A stretch of 64,000 nucleotides of DNA, taken from sequence record MH533020.1; one strand, 5' to 3'. Positions 45,741 to 54,475 of this stretch are shown here, piece after piece. The translations under genes and the position numbers were made by a program. The notes under the pieces were generated by a model. It was not told the DNA's origin and did not search any database. It worked only from the letters and a program-made list of their open reading frames with translations. Position 1 is the stretch's first letter. The number at the start of each line of letters is the position of its first letter. Source of the DNA: Acinetobacter phage ABPH49.

Positions 45741-45836
45741 AAGCCCCTTGGCTTGTTGGTTACCTTTGACCGGTGAAGCCTCGCAAGGCCCCACCTCAAA
45801 GATATTATGGGACCAGTTCGGCCCCTTGTCAACACT

Positions 45837-46226
45837 TTAAATATAAACTTTCCCGTCGTCGCCGACGTATGGATCACAGCTCCCGGCTTTTTTGCTCATC
45901 GCTGTAAGAACGTCGCCAGTGTTGCCAAGGCCGCGATCCCAGAATCCTACGCCGTGCCCGTTGCGAGTTAACCAAAAGTCATGCCCGGACAATTCGAAAG
46001 AGTGGAGGCCGTCGGCGTCTAGACGTTCCATAATGGTATAAGCATCTTTCCAAAACGCATGGCACTCTAATTTCACCTGCTCCACAGTCTCGGCGGCCAG
46101 CTCAAAGGCTTGGAGATCCTCCACCTCTTCACCAGTGGCGGGATCCGTGCCCGGCGTGCTCCACAGCATGGCGGTGATATAGGCCTTTACAAAAGCGTTG
46201 AATTGTGGGTTATCTGAGTATTGCAT
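45837..46226 (-). CDS. hypothetical protein
   Basis: ATG (MQYSDNPQFNAF...) with RBS AAAAGAGATA; the track ORF start is a TTG. Confidence 0.5.
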   Translation of the reverse strand: MQYSDNPQFNAFVKAYITAMLWSTPGTDPATGEEVEDLQAFELAAETVEQVKLECHAFWKDAYTIMERLDADGLHSFELSGHDFWLTRNGHGVGFWDRGLGNTGDVLTAMSKKAGSCDPYVGDDGKVYI

Positions 46227-46279
46227 AATGGTATCTCTTTTCAAAGGGGCCGGGGTATCCGGCCCTTGTGGTTAGTATT

Positions 46280-46495
46280 TTACGCCAATTCGGTGATGGT
46301 TGCAACAGCGCCAAGCATTACATATTCCGAACCTTCAGCGGTGAAGTGACGATCGCCGATATAGCTTACAAAATCAGACTCGCCGACGTTACGCATAAAA
46401 CACTTATTGTCAGAATCACGAACAAAGAATTGAACCTTCTCTTTCTTGTTGGTGTAGAACTTGCCAGCGCTGCGAGTGGTTTTGGTCTGGTACAT
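46280..46495 (-). CDS. hypothetical protein
   Basis: ORF track 71 aa. Confidence 0.5.
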   Translation of the reverse strand: MYQTKTTRSAGKFYTNKKEKVQFFVRDSDNKCFMRNVGESDFVSYIGDRHFTAEGSEYVMLGAVATITELA

Positions 46496-46568
46496 TTGGG
46501 ATTTCCTCTTGTTGTCCCGTTTCGATATAAAAGATTATACATCACCCACGGGACAACGCAAGCACATT

Positions 46569-46721
46569 TTAGAGATAAGTGATCGAAAACTCCCAACTGA
46601 TTGAAAACGTTTTGTAAACCAGCCAGCAAATCAGACCTACAAGTGCCAGATCACACAGGACAGACAAGCCAAGGGCGGCTAGGTATTTACGGCGCAGGCG
46701 CTTTGTGGTTGAATTTTCCAT
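46569..46721 (-). CDS. small membrane protein
   Basis: internal ATG with RBS AAGGGGGAA; TM segment LGLSVLCDLALVGLICWLVY. Confidence 0.4.
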   Translation of the reverse strand: MENSTTKRLRRKYLAALGLSVLCDLALVGLICWLVYKTFSISWEFSITYL

Positions 46722-46731
46722 GTGTTCCCCC

Positions 46732-47016
46732 TTAGAACCAGTTGGCTGAGTCGTTGAATTTTTGATCGCCGTAGCGGCCGGTAAAGTACAGGCGAACCAG
46801 TGTTGAGAATCGCTCACAGGTCACTGATACAATCAAAAGCGACAAGGTAGCATCCATTTGATCCCACTCCTCAAGCTTCAGTCCGCCAGCCTGCGCCGCC
46901 TGTTGTATGCGCTTCAATTCATCATGGCACGCCGCCCGGGTCCAGCCTGTAAGGCTACCAGTCCCGATCACTTGCTGCAATACGGCATTGTTTACGGGTA
47001 AAGGTTGGTTTGTCAT
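46732..47016 (-). CDS. hypothetical protein
   Basis: ORF track 94 aa. Confidence 0.5.
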   Translation of the reverse strand: MTNQPLPVNNAVLQQVIGTGSLTGWTRAACHDELKRIQQAAQAGGLKLEEWDQMDATLSLLIVSVTCERFSTLVRLYFTGRYGDQKFNDSANWF

Positions 47017-47022
47017 GGTGCT

Positions 47023-47160
47023 ATCCTCTTAGAAGTTGGCCGCGTGGCCGGTTTGGTAAATAGAATCAAGTGCCTTAAAGATCCCGATCATTCTGTCGGC
47101 GTCAAGTCGGTTTACTGATAACTCAACCAGCTTGTAAATCAGTTCGTGGATGATTGACAT
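47023..47160 (-). CDS. hypothetical small protein (45 aa)
   Basis: RBS AGGAG 7 nt upstream of ATG; below the track cutoff. Confidence 0.35.
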
Positions 47161-47205
47161 CTTTAAGGCTCCTGTGCGGGCCGTGGTGGCCCGCTGTAGT
47201 TTGGG

Positions 47206-47625
47206 TTAGCGCTGATAGCCGATCAGCTCAAAACGGGCACCGGCAGCGCGGTAATTGCAACATTCACAGGCTGCGGGGGTGAAGTCCGTCTCTTTCTCAC
47301 CATTGCCCAAAAATTTATAAAGGCGATCCAGTCGCAAAACAGACTTTTCGATCTTGGCTTCCCACTCCGCCGGGATTTCTTCGCGGTGTTCACCATTGGC
47401 CCAGAACAGGCGGCAATCTTCGCACACCATGAGACTGATCGGATCTTTTGATGGCTCCAATTCGAAACCGTTGTTTAAGATCACGTGCTTCACGGCTTCC
47501 ACCATAGACGGGCTTTCGTTGTATTTGCCGGATACCGGGTCGATCTCGATCATTCCGATAAATGAACCTTCACGCTCTACAGCCATGCGGTTTGATGTGA
47601 CGCGGGTCAAAGTGCAGTTATACAT
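47206..47625 (-). CDS. hypothetical protein (Cys-containing)
   Basis: ORF track 139 aa. Confidence 0.5.
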   Translation of the reverse strand: MYNCTLTRVTSNRMAVEREGSFIGMIEIDPVSGKYNESPSMVEAVKHVILNNGFELEPSKDPISLMVCEDCRLFWANGEHREEIPAEWEAKIEKSVLRLDRLYKFLGNGEKETDFTPAACECCNYRAAGARFELIGYQR

Positions 47626-47848
47626 GGTAAAATCCTTTGTTTCTGTTGGTTGATAACTCTTTATATGCGGCTATCTTAGCAATGATCATAACCGCATGTA
47701 AAGGATTATTTTTCGGTAATGTGTAAAATTTTTGGCGCTTTGTTCACTGGTGCGGGCTTCTCGCCGTACTGGTGGATAAAGAAAGCAAAAACACAGGCTA
47801 ACATGATATGCTTTTTCCAGTCAATACGCACCGTATGCTTTTTTGTGC

Positions 47849-48064
47849 TCATAGGTAACGCCCCCACACCTTAGGGATCATGGCATCGATCACCATCGCC
47901 AGACCCGCCAGCGGCCCGGCAACAAACAGGGCAACCGCTCCGCATACCGCCACCGAATCGGCGGACCCGGTTGTCATAATCCCGATCCCGGCGGCAATGT
48001 ACGCCACAGGGACCGCAACTAACATTAAGAATATTGCAGCGGATACTGTGATTAAGCAATTCAT
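47849..48064 (-). CDS. membrane protein
   Basis: internal ATG (MNCLITVSAAIFLMLVAVPVAYIAAGIG...) of track ORF 47849..48127. Confidence 0.45.
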   Translation of the reverse strand: MNCLITVSAAIFLMLVAVPVAYIAAGIGIMTTGSADSVAVCGAVALFVAGPLAGLAMVIDAMIPKVWGRYL

Positions 48065-48372
48065 TTTTCTAATCTCTGGGGCGGTGTCCGCCCCGTTGGG
48101 TGTCAACTTACCGGCACCGCGTGCCAACTATTGACTATGGTTTTATCTTTACCGCGTGCCTCTTCAAGGTCGCGATAGTGTTTCAAGGCCCGATCCTTGT
48201 CAGTGTATACGCCTTTCACCTCGGCGGCAAGCGGGGCCGCCGTGGCTTGCGTGACAATGTAAATCACGTTAGTGATCCGCCGGGATCGTATCGTTAGCGA
48301 TGGCGGCGATAACGCCTTGCACCATATGATCCGGCAGGTAATCGCTCTCCGCCTCGGCGATGCGCTGGCCGT

Positions 48373-48576
48373 TCACCTCGCATCATAGCCGATCTTGAAC
48401 CCTTCAGCGGTACGGTAAACCATAACCACCAGCGGGCAAGTTTTGGATTCGTCCTTGTGGTGTTTAAAGGTGATCATGGTGACGTGCCCGGAGATCTTCA
48501 CCTCTGCATCGATGTGACGTTCTACAGCGGACAGGAAGAAAAATTGATTTGCTTGGCTCATGCGTTGGATAGTCAT
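48373..48576 (-). CDS. hypothetical protein
   Basis: ORF track 67 aa; directly downstream of cassette copy 2 (RBS AGGAAACT). Confidence 0.5.
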   Translation of the reverse strand: MTIQRMSQANQFFFLSAVERHIDAEVKISGHVTMITFKHHKDESKTCPLVVMVYRTAEGFKIGYDAR

Positions 48577-48660
48577 TTTAGTTTCCTCTGTTGGCGGGAA
48601 CCATTCCCGCCGCTTGATAAGAAGTATAGGCGATTGTTCGCGGTGCTGTCAACTAAATAA
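48577..48660 (-). promoter_or_regulatory. promoter (TTGACA-18-TATACT) plus conserved 5'-UTR hairpin GGCGGGAATGGTTCCCGCC, cassette copy 2
   Basis: hairpin at 48593-48611; the same order -35/-10/hairpin/RBS/ATG as the other copies. Confidence 0.6.
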
Positions 48661-49186
48661 ACAGGACTTTATCAATTAATTTTTCCACCAGATCCGCGCG
48701 GTGTGCTGCGTTGCCGTTCGTCTGGCTCAGGGATACGGCGCAGGCGGCGCGGTATGCGGCGATCATGGGTTTAAGCTGCACGCGGTTAACCGTGGCTCGG
48801 GCGGCGGTGTCTGCGTTGTCACTCTGGCCTTTCATGAAGGTTATAGCGTTCTCTTCGCCGACCTTATATTTTGTAATGATCCGGCGATCTTTGAGGTAGG
48901 AAACGATCTCTTTCTGGAAGGAATAGAACCCCTCGAGGCTTCCACGTTCCAACATTTCCCCAGCAACAGACCAGACACAAGCGGCGGCGTAGGTCCCGGT
49001 TTGGCATGAGTCGGCCAGAACGTTTACCGCGTGGCGGAATTCACCGGCGGCGATCAGCTGGCGGATCTCATAAGCGCGGAATTTATAAAAGGTATGCATG
49101 GCGCTTCCAACGGGCGCTGTTCGGCGCTCGGCGATCGCCTGATCAACGATGTCAAATTTCGGCTGCAATTCGTTTAAAGTGTACAT
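48653..49186 (-). CDS. hypothetical protein
   Basis: ORF track 177 aa. Confidence 0.55.
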   Translation of the reverse strand: MYTLNELQPKFDIVDQAIAERRTAPVGSAMHTFYKFRAYEIRQLIAAGEFRHAVNVLADSCQTGTYAAACVWSVAGEMLERGSLEGFYSFQKEIVSYLKDRRIITKYKVGEENAITFMKGQSDNADTAARATVNRVQLKPMIAAYRAACAVSLSQTNGNAAHRADLVEKLIDKVLFI

Positions 49187-49273
49187 GGTAGATCCTCAAC
49201 TGTTTTTGTGGGTTAACTTCTTTAACTGATGCCGCCATTGTATAGCGGCACCTTAAAGAATGCAACCTTTATT

Positions 49274-49429
49274 TTACCTCGCAAAGTATGCCGGGTTAAC
49301 CTTGATCCCGTGGCGGGTCAGTTCGTCAGACCGCACACGTTGACCAGCGGTAAAGCGGAAAACCCCCGCGCCTGTCCCGATCGTTACATCTACCAGACAA
49401 AACAGCAATTTACAGATTGAGCCTTTCAT
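49274..49429 (-). CDS. small hydrophobic protein
   Basis: internal ATG with RBS GAGGTAA. Confidence 0.4.
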   Translation of the reverse strand: MKGSICKLLFCLVDVTIGTGAGVFRFTAGQRVRSDELTRHGIKVNPAYFAR

Positions 49430-49440
49430 ATTGTTACCTC

Positions 49441-49545
49441 TTAAAAAATGTATTGTAAAAGTGAACCTACACCATACCAGAACGCCGCACACAAAACAAG
49501 GATTGCGGCATAAACTTTTTGATTAAACGTGAAGCGTTGACCCAT
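49441..49545 (-). CDS. small TM protein (34 aa)
   Basis: RBS GGGGGAACGGCA ATG; hydrophobic; below the track cutoff. Confidence 0.35.
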   Translation of the reverse strand: MGQRFTFNQKVYAAILVLCAAFWYGVGSLLQYIF

Positions 49546-49750
49546 TGCCGTTCCCCCCGCTAGGTTTCTTGTTTAGCTGCTGAACCATCCACGCCGGGAC
49601 CTTCTGGCCCGCTGGCTTGTGGGTGAATTTCGTGGTTTTCTTGGTGATGCGGATAAATACAGATGGCATTTTGTAGTCCCTTTTGGTTTGCTTTCGTTTG
49701 CATATGCCGCCATTCTACACGACGGCATAAACCAACGTCAAGCTATTATT

Positions 49751-49936
49751 TTATGGCATTGGCTCAACTTCAGGGCCGGGGATACACTGCGCCAAAATGT
49801 AGCGGTGATCCTTGCGGCGCTCGGCTGCTACGATCTCACAGGTTACGCGGTCGTCGTAGGAGTCAATAACGTAATCTTCACAGTTCATATAACCGAAGTT
49901 TGACAAAAAGCACATAGTTGCGAATACTTCAAACAT
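49751..49936 (-). CDS. hypothetical small protein
   Basis: ORF track 61 aa. Confidence 0.4.
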   Translation of the reverse strand: MFEVFATMCFLSNFGYMNCEDYVIDSYDDRVTCEIVAAERRKDHRYILAQCIPGPEVEPMP

Positions 49937-50092
49937 TTACACACCCTCCCGAACATAAAATTTTGTGCCTGCTGGCAGGCGTTTGCCGTAGCCCTCTCGA
50001 TCTCTCAGTCGCTGGCGGGCTTCTTTCTCATTGTGGCCGTGAACCTTGAGGGGGTGAGCCACGCCGGGGATATTTACAAAATAGTGTTTCAT
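49937..50092 (-). CDS. hypothetical small basic protein
   Basis: internal ATG (MKHYFVNIPG...) of track ORF 49937..50128. Confidence 0.4.
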   Translation of the reverse strand: MKHYFVNIPGVAHPLKVHGHNEKEARQRLRDREGYGKRLPAGTKFYVREGV

Positions 50093-50094
50093 AG

Positions 50095-50202
50095 TTACCA
50101 GCCTTTTACAATTGCGATTGCTGCACATGATACCAGAGCAACCAGAGTGAAGAAAACAGCGCCGATCGCGCTAACAGGTACTTGTGTCAATTCATAAGTC
50201 AT
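50095..50202 (-). CDS. small TM protein (35 aa)
   Basis: hydrophobic MTYELTQVPVSAIGAVFFTLVALVSCAAIAIVKGW; below the track cutoff. Confidence 0.3.
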   Translation of the reverse strand: MTYELTQVPVSAIGAVFFTLVALVSCAAIAIVKGW

Positions 50203-50306
50203 TTTACATTTCCTTGTCGGTTTGGTCGGGGCCTTTCCCGTCCTGATGTAAGTAATATACACCTACTCGATCGGGGTGTCAACAAGGAAACAGAAAATAA
50301 TTTAGA

Positions 50307-50531
50307 TTATTTTCGTGTGACTCGGATCGCCGTAAAAATCTGCTTTCCCTCTTCACAGATCAGGATCTGCGAGGTACTAACCCGGATACCTTCACGCGAT
50401 GCCGTAGCTGTCAGCGAGCTAACCGCCTGCGCGTAGGTTTTTGGAGCCTCCACAAAATAAACCAGTGAATAGCCTAGCTGTTGCGCCTTCAGGTGGCGGA
50501 TAAAAGCGGTTAGACTAAGAATGTTTTCCAT
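50307..50531 (-). CDS. hypothetical protein
   Basis: ORF track 74 aa. Confidence 0.45.
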   Translation of the reverse strand: MENILSLTAFIRHLKAQQLGYSLVYFVEAPKTYAQAVSSLTATASREGIRVSTSQILICEEGKQIFTAIRVTRK

Positions 50532-50589
50532 CGTGTCGCATTACCTTTGTTTGTGGGTCAAAAGCGGCCCGTGTGGGCCGCTACGCTGT

Positions 50590-50730
50590 TTAATCCTTCA
50601 GGCCTTCCCAGTGCCACGCCTTGCCGCGTTGCGTCTTGTTGGCCTTGCTACGCTTAACCTTGTCGCGGTCGTGGTAGCCAAATTTTTCTTTGCTTGCCGC
50701 GTTGCGGGTTACTGCATTGTTGGTGATCAT
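50590..50730 (-). CDS. hypothetical small basic protein
   Basis: internal ATG with RBS AGGATAA. Confidence 0.4.
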   Translation of the reverse strand: MITNNAVTRNAASKEKFGYHDRDKVKRSKANKTQRGKAWHWEGLKD

Positions 50731-50740
50731 GCTTATTATC

Positions 50741-51046
50741 CTATTTGTTTGATTTAAGTTCAAGTGCATAACGGCGATCAATCTCATCCTGCACCAGTTC
50801 CAACGATTGGCGGGTGTAATGGTATAGCACCTCGCCGCCTAACTTCTCGAGCCGGGACAATACTGCATCGGCTACGAATTCATTTAACGCGCCGTTTTCC
50901 CGCGTGGTGTACACATCACCAAACAACTCATATTCAATATAATGAAACACTTTATGCTTTCTCCGCATAAGCTCCCGTTTGATGAGGGGCGGCGCATAGT
51001 ACGCCACCACCGCCACGGCCGCAAGGCCTGTTATCATATCAATCAT
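50741..51046 (-). CDS. hypothetical protein (N-terminal TM)
   Basis: ORF track 101 aa. Confidence 0.5.
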   Translation of the reverse strand: MIDMITGLAAVAVVAYYAPPLIKRELMRRKHKVFHYIEYELFGDVYTTRENGALNEFVADAVLSRLEKLGGEVLYHYTRQSLELVQDEIDRRYALELKSNK

Positions 51047-51461
51047 TCATCGCGTCATCCAGTAAACGGGCGATATCTTCCACGATGACGGCGCAGATCG
51101 TCCAGCTGATTACCTCCCAATCATCACCCTTTTGAGCATAGAGCGCCTTGCCGATTTCGTCAAGGTTGAAGTCCGCCAAGCCTCGGCACTCTTTGAGCAT
51201 TTCCAGAGATGATCCGTTGCCACAGTTTGCGGCCAGATTGGACAAATGATCTTGCACCTGATCCGCATACTTTTTGAGGAAAGCGCCGCACTCAGTATAG
51301 TAAATGAAACTTGTACCGCCTGCCGCGCCGTGGTTGGCGATGTCTGAAGCTTTCTCCTTGAAGTCTGCCCAGCTGCCGTGCACATTGGCAACCGCGCGGA
51401 TCAGTTTTGCATTCAGAGCGTTGTCAGTAACAAAAGATTTCAGAGTGATATTCTTAGCCAT
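51039..51461 (-). CDS. hypothetical protein
   Basis: ORF track 140 aa. Confidence 0.5.
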   Translation of the reverse strand: MAKNITLKSFVTDNALNAKLIRAVANVHGSWADFKEKASDIANHGAAGGTSFIYYTECGAFLKKYADQVQDHLSNLAANCGNGSSLEMLKECRGLADFNLDEIGKALYAQKGDDWEVISWTICAVIVEDIARLLDDAMND

Positions 51462-51571
51462 GATATTTACCTTATATAAAATGCCTGTCGGCGGTTGTTT
51501 GGGTTAGGGTGTTTCCCTTCCCCTGATGCCACCTATTATAGGGCGGCACCGGGAAGAGTCAACAACTATTT

Positions 51572-51937
51572 TTAATTTTCTTCGTCTTCCTCTTCGTTTT
51601 CCAACTCTTCGATCTTCTCTTCCAGATCGCTGATCTCGTTTTCTAATTCCTCTTCCTCTTCCATTAAGCCCTTATAATCCTCCTCGTCCTCTTTATCAAG
51701 GCTGTCGGTCCAGTCATTCAGGCCGCCACGGAAAGCGGTCGGGTCCAGCTGTTGGAGCGCGTAGCCCGTGTTGTAGGTTCCACCGGCGATCTCAACCGTC
51801 CCGTAGACCTCATCAAGATACTCCATGTAATCCTCATCGCTGCGGCTGATTTCGTAGGATTCCATTTCAGCCTGTTTTTCCTTCAGGTTATTGCGGGCGA
51901 TGATCAGTTGAGCGTTCAAAGTTTCGATGTTAGCCAT
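51572..51937 (-). CDS. hypothetical protein with strongly acidic C-terminal tail
   Basis: ORF track 121 aa; preceded by cassette copy 3. Confidence 0.55.
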   Translation of the reverse strand: MANIETLNAQLIIARNNLKEKQAEMESYEISRSDEDYMEYLDEVYGTVEIAGGTYNTGYALQQLDPTAFRGGLNDWTDSLDKEDEEDYKGLMEEEEELENEISDLEEKIEELENEEEDEEN

Positions 51938-52020
51938 TATATTTATCTCTCATATTGTGGCGGGAACCATTCTCGCCTTGATGTGTCGTATCTTACTACT
52001 ACCTGTTTTGCGTGTCAAAC
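51938..52020 (-). promoter_or_regulatory. promoter (TTGACA-17-TAAGAT) plus 5'-UTR hairpin GGCGAGAATGGTTCCCGCC, cassette copy 3
   Basis: hairpin 51958-51976; then AGAGATAAATATA ATG. Confidence 0.6.
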
Positions 52021-52026
52021 TTATTT

Positions 52027-52221
52027 TTAAATCTTTTTGCCTTGCCAATCAAACTTGAAAATCACTTTTAAATCAGGGCCTAGCAGGTTTCCGGCGGCAC
52101 TCAGTGCGGCGATCCGCTGGCTGGCTTCTTTCTCTATGTCGTTAAGAGTCTTTACCTCGCCTTTGTGGTTTACCGGCTGTATATACAAAACCGGCCCCGT
52201 TGATAAGCTTATGCTGTACAT
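52027..52221 (-). CDS. hypothetical protein
   Basis: internal ATG (MYSISLSTGPV...) with RBS AAGGAGG. Confidence 0.45.
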   Translation of the reverse strand: MYSISLSTGPVLYIQPVNHKGEVKTLNDIEKEASQRIAALSAAGNLLGPDLKVIFKFDWQGKKI

Positions 52222-52541
52222 TGTGAAACCTCCTTGAACCGTGCGGCCTCGTCTGGGTGTGCGTAGCGACCGAGGCCTATCACATACTCCCAATTTTCGG
52301 CAGTCATTACAAAAGTTTGGTGACGGCGGTCAAGTATGCCGCTTAATGCCGCCTGATCATTATAGACCGTTGGGCTTTTTGCGTCGATAACATAGCGGTT
52401 TAAGCTTGCCGCCTCGCCAGCCGTCAACACGTGGCCGGTATAACATGTATAACCCTCACAAAGCGGGTTTTTAGCCAAGTGATCGACCCGGCCTTGTAAA
52501 GACTCCAAAGAAGGGAGATCAGGATTCTGATTGTATTTCAT
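52209..52541 (-). CDS. hypothetical protein
   Basis: ORF track 110 aa. Confidence 0.5.
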   Translation of the reverse strand: MKYNQNPDLPSLESLQGRVDHLAKNPLCEGYTCYTGHVLTAGEAASLNRYVIDAKSPTVYNDQAALSGILDRRHQTFVMTAENWEYVIGLGRYAHPDEAARFKEVSQCTA

Positions 52542-52606
52542 AGTTTAACCTCGTGTCAACAAAACTTTTATGAGTGGGACCAGACAAGATCCCACTGGTA
52601 AAAGCC

Positions 52607-52786
52607 TTAGTGACGGTTTAAGCTCAAAGTGCCGCCGGTATGGGTTAGGCCCACCGTCCAGCCGTCGCGGCCCTTAACCGGTTGTTTGGTTTTGCCGCCT
52701 ACCTTGCGGAGGATAGCCGCTTCTTTGCGGGCCTGTTCGCGGGTGGTGTGAGTTGCGCCGATAGTAACGATAGTAACGTTTTTCAT
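52607..52786 (-). CDS. hypothetical small basic protein (59 aa)
   Basis: ATG directly downstream of cassette copy 4 (RBS AAAGGAAAGG); below the track cutoff. Confidence 0.4.
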   Translation of the reverse strand: MKNVTIVTIGATHTTREQARKEAAILRKVGGKTKQPVKGRDGWTVGLTHTGGTLSLNRH

Positions 52787-52860
52787 AATGCCTTTCCTTT
52801 TGGTCTGGCGGGAACCATTCCCGCCTTGATATTGAGTATATTAGATTATCTTGTTTTGCC
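52787..52860 (-). promoter_or_regulatory. promoter (TTGACA-17-TAATAT) plus 5'-UTR hairpin GGCGGGAATGGTTCCCGCC, cassette copy 4
   Basis: hairpin 52807-52825; consensus hexamers with 17-nt spacer. Confidence 0.65.
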
Positions 52861-52862
52861 TG

Positions 52863-53216
52863 TCAACCGATCATTTTAGTTTTTACTGAAATTTTCGGGT
52901 GTGGAAGGATCGACCCGTCCAGCAATTCCCCGCCTGCGTGGCGCTGGCGGAAGCGATCCACAAAGTTCAACAATTCGGTATAGCTCGAGATCCTGCCGCG
53001 TGCTGATCTGTTTAGCCCTGCGTACTTAGGATCCCCATGAGACGATGATACGGTCGCCACGCGGCCCGGGGTGATAGGTTGGAAGTATACCGCACGCGCG
53101 GCGCGGATTGACTCAATACCCGGGGCGGCTTTCTTGGCTACGGTTTCGCCATGCTTTACAAACAAGATCTTGTTAAGTTCTGGGGCGTAGGCGTGGATCT
53201 CGATAACCATTTTCAT
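52863..53216 (-). CDS. hypothetical protein
   Basis: ORF track 117 aa; preceded by cassette copy 5. Confidence 0.5.
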   Translation of the reverse strand: MKMVIEIHAYAPELNKILFVKHGETVAKKAAPGIESIRAARAVYFQPITPGRVATVSSSHGDPKYAGLNRSARGRISSYTELLNFVDRFRQRHAGGELLDGSILPHPKISVKTKMIG

Positions 53217-53300
53217 CTGTCATTACCTTTTTGATTTTGGCGGGAACCATTCCCGCCGCTTGATAACTAATTTACGCCCTTATCTTGTTGGCGTCAACTA
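53217..53300 (-). promoter_or_regulatory. promoter (TTGACG-17-TAAATT) plus 5'-UTR hairpin GGCGGGAATGGTTCCCGCC, cassette copy 5
   Basis: hairpin 53239-53257; then AAAAAGG RBS and ATG 53216. Confidence 0.6.
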
Positions 53301-53305
53301 CTATT

Positions 53306-53596
53306 TTAAATCTTTTTTACGTCTTTTCCTGCAACAACCCGGACACGTGCGCCGGGGTGGCGGGCCTGATACGTGGCCGCGCCGTCTTCGCATTCGCGCT
53401 TTGTTCCCACGTGGATTACAGATATTTCCCCGTCCAGCTTATCAGTGGTTACGGCGGCGTGCGACCGGTCAACGGACAACCATCCCGCCTCGAAAGCTGC
53501 GATATTTTCCGCCTTGTTGTAGCGGCTTTTCATGATCAGGCCTTGGCGGGCACACTTCACGCCATACTGATAAGCCGGGGTGTTTACGTCGATCAT
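53306..53596 (-). CDS. hypothetical protein
   Basis: ORF track 96 aa. Confidence 0.5.
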   Translation of the reverse strand: MIDVNTPAYQYGVKCARQGLIMKSRYNKAENIAAFEAGWLSVDRSHAAVTTDKLDGEISVIHVGTKRECEDGAATYQARHPGARVRVVAGKDVKKI

Positions 53597-53610
53597 TTTG
53601 CATTTCTCCT

Positions 53611-53901
53611 TTACAGTATGCGGGAACCTTTGAATCTAAGAATGTAGCGTTCTGTTTTGGCCGCGATGTTTTCCACCGTCTGGCGGTCATAGCCTTGGAT
53701 CTGGATGTAACAACATACCGGCGTGTTGTATGTTTCGATATCTACCAGACATGGCGGAAGGAAACCATTTACCGGCGGAAACTTTTTCCTGATCGTGTCG
53801 TGGAATTTTTCCGCCGCGTCTAGGACCTGATCAACCTCGAGATTTTCGCCCGGCTCAAAGTCTATACTACAGCGGTAAATGGTTTCAATTGTGCTTTTCA
53901 T
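53611..53901 (-). CDS. hypothetical protein
   Basis: internal ATG (MKSTIETIYRC...) of track ORF 53611..53961. Confidence 0.45.
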   Translation of the reverse strand: MKSTIETIYRCSIDFEPGENLEVDQVLDAAEKFHDTIRKKFPPVNGFLPPCLVDIETYNTPVCCYIQIQGYDRQTVENIAAKTERYILRFKGSRIL

Positions 53902-53911
53902 TGTCTGGCCT

Positions 53912-54064
53912 TTATCGGGTTTCGATATGCTCCATTCTAAGCCACGGCCCGGCGTTGTCAACTTCTTTTTTAATCAGCGCTTTGGCCTCAACCGCCGATC
54001 CGGCCTTGATCCATTGCCGCCCGTAGTGCTGGCCGACTTGCCAGCGGATCAAATATTCTTTCAT
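53912..54064 (-). CDS. hypothetical small protein (50 aa)
   Basis: RBS TGAGGGC; below the track cutoff. Confidence 0.35.
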   Translation of the reverse strand: MKEYLIRWQVGQHYGRQWIKAGSAVEAKALIKKEVDNAGPWLRMEHIETR

Positions 54065-54074
54065 TTTGTTGCCC

Positions 54075-54335
54075 TCATCTTAATTGTGAATCTTTAGACC
54101 CGCGCCGGTTGTACGTTGACGCGATCGCCCGATCGTGGTCCTGTTGGCACGTGATGCAATACCGGCAACCCGGCACGGCCGCCCGGCGGCGCTCTGGTAT
54201 AGGCTCCCCGCAATCGTCACAGTGAGTTAATGATTCACCCCGGCGGATCTGGGACCGTGCAAAATCGATCGCGTTGTCTATTGTTGCTTGGATCATGTTT
54301 AGATGATCGTCAGCACCTGCAAAACCACTAGCCAT
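54075..54335 (-). CDS. DksA/TraR-family C4 zinc-finger protein
   Basis: CDDCGEPIPERRRAAVPGCRYCITCQ matches the TraR/DksA four-Cys finger; start uncertain (54335 or 54296). Confidence 0.55.
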   Translation of the reverse strand: MASGFAGADDHLNMIQATIDNAIDFARSQIRRGESLTHCDDCGEPIPERRRAAVPGCRYCITCQQDHDRAIASTYNRRGSKDSQLR

Positions 54336-54416
54336 AAAATAGAGTCCCTTGTAAAGTTTCGGACAGTCTACGCCAGCCACCGGAGCAAAGCAAGCAAAAA
54401 TATTTTAATTTTGTTG

Positions 54417-54444
54417 TTGACTGCTGCAACACAGGGCCTATAAT
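54417..54444 (+). promoter_or_regulatory. sigma70 promoter (TTGACT-16-TATAAT) reading rightwards out of the minus-strand block
   Basis: perfect -10 and near-perfect -35 in the intergenic region. Confidence 0.5.
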
Positions 54445-54475
54445 GGAGGTACAAACAACGCGGAGAATTGAAACA

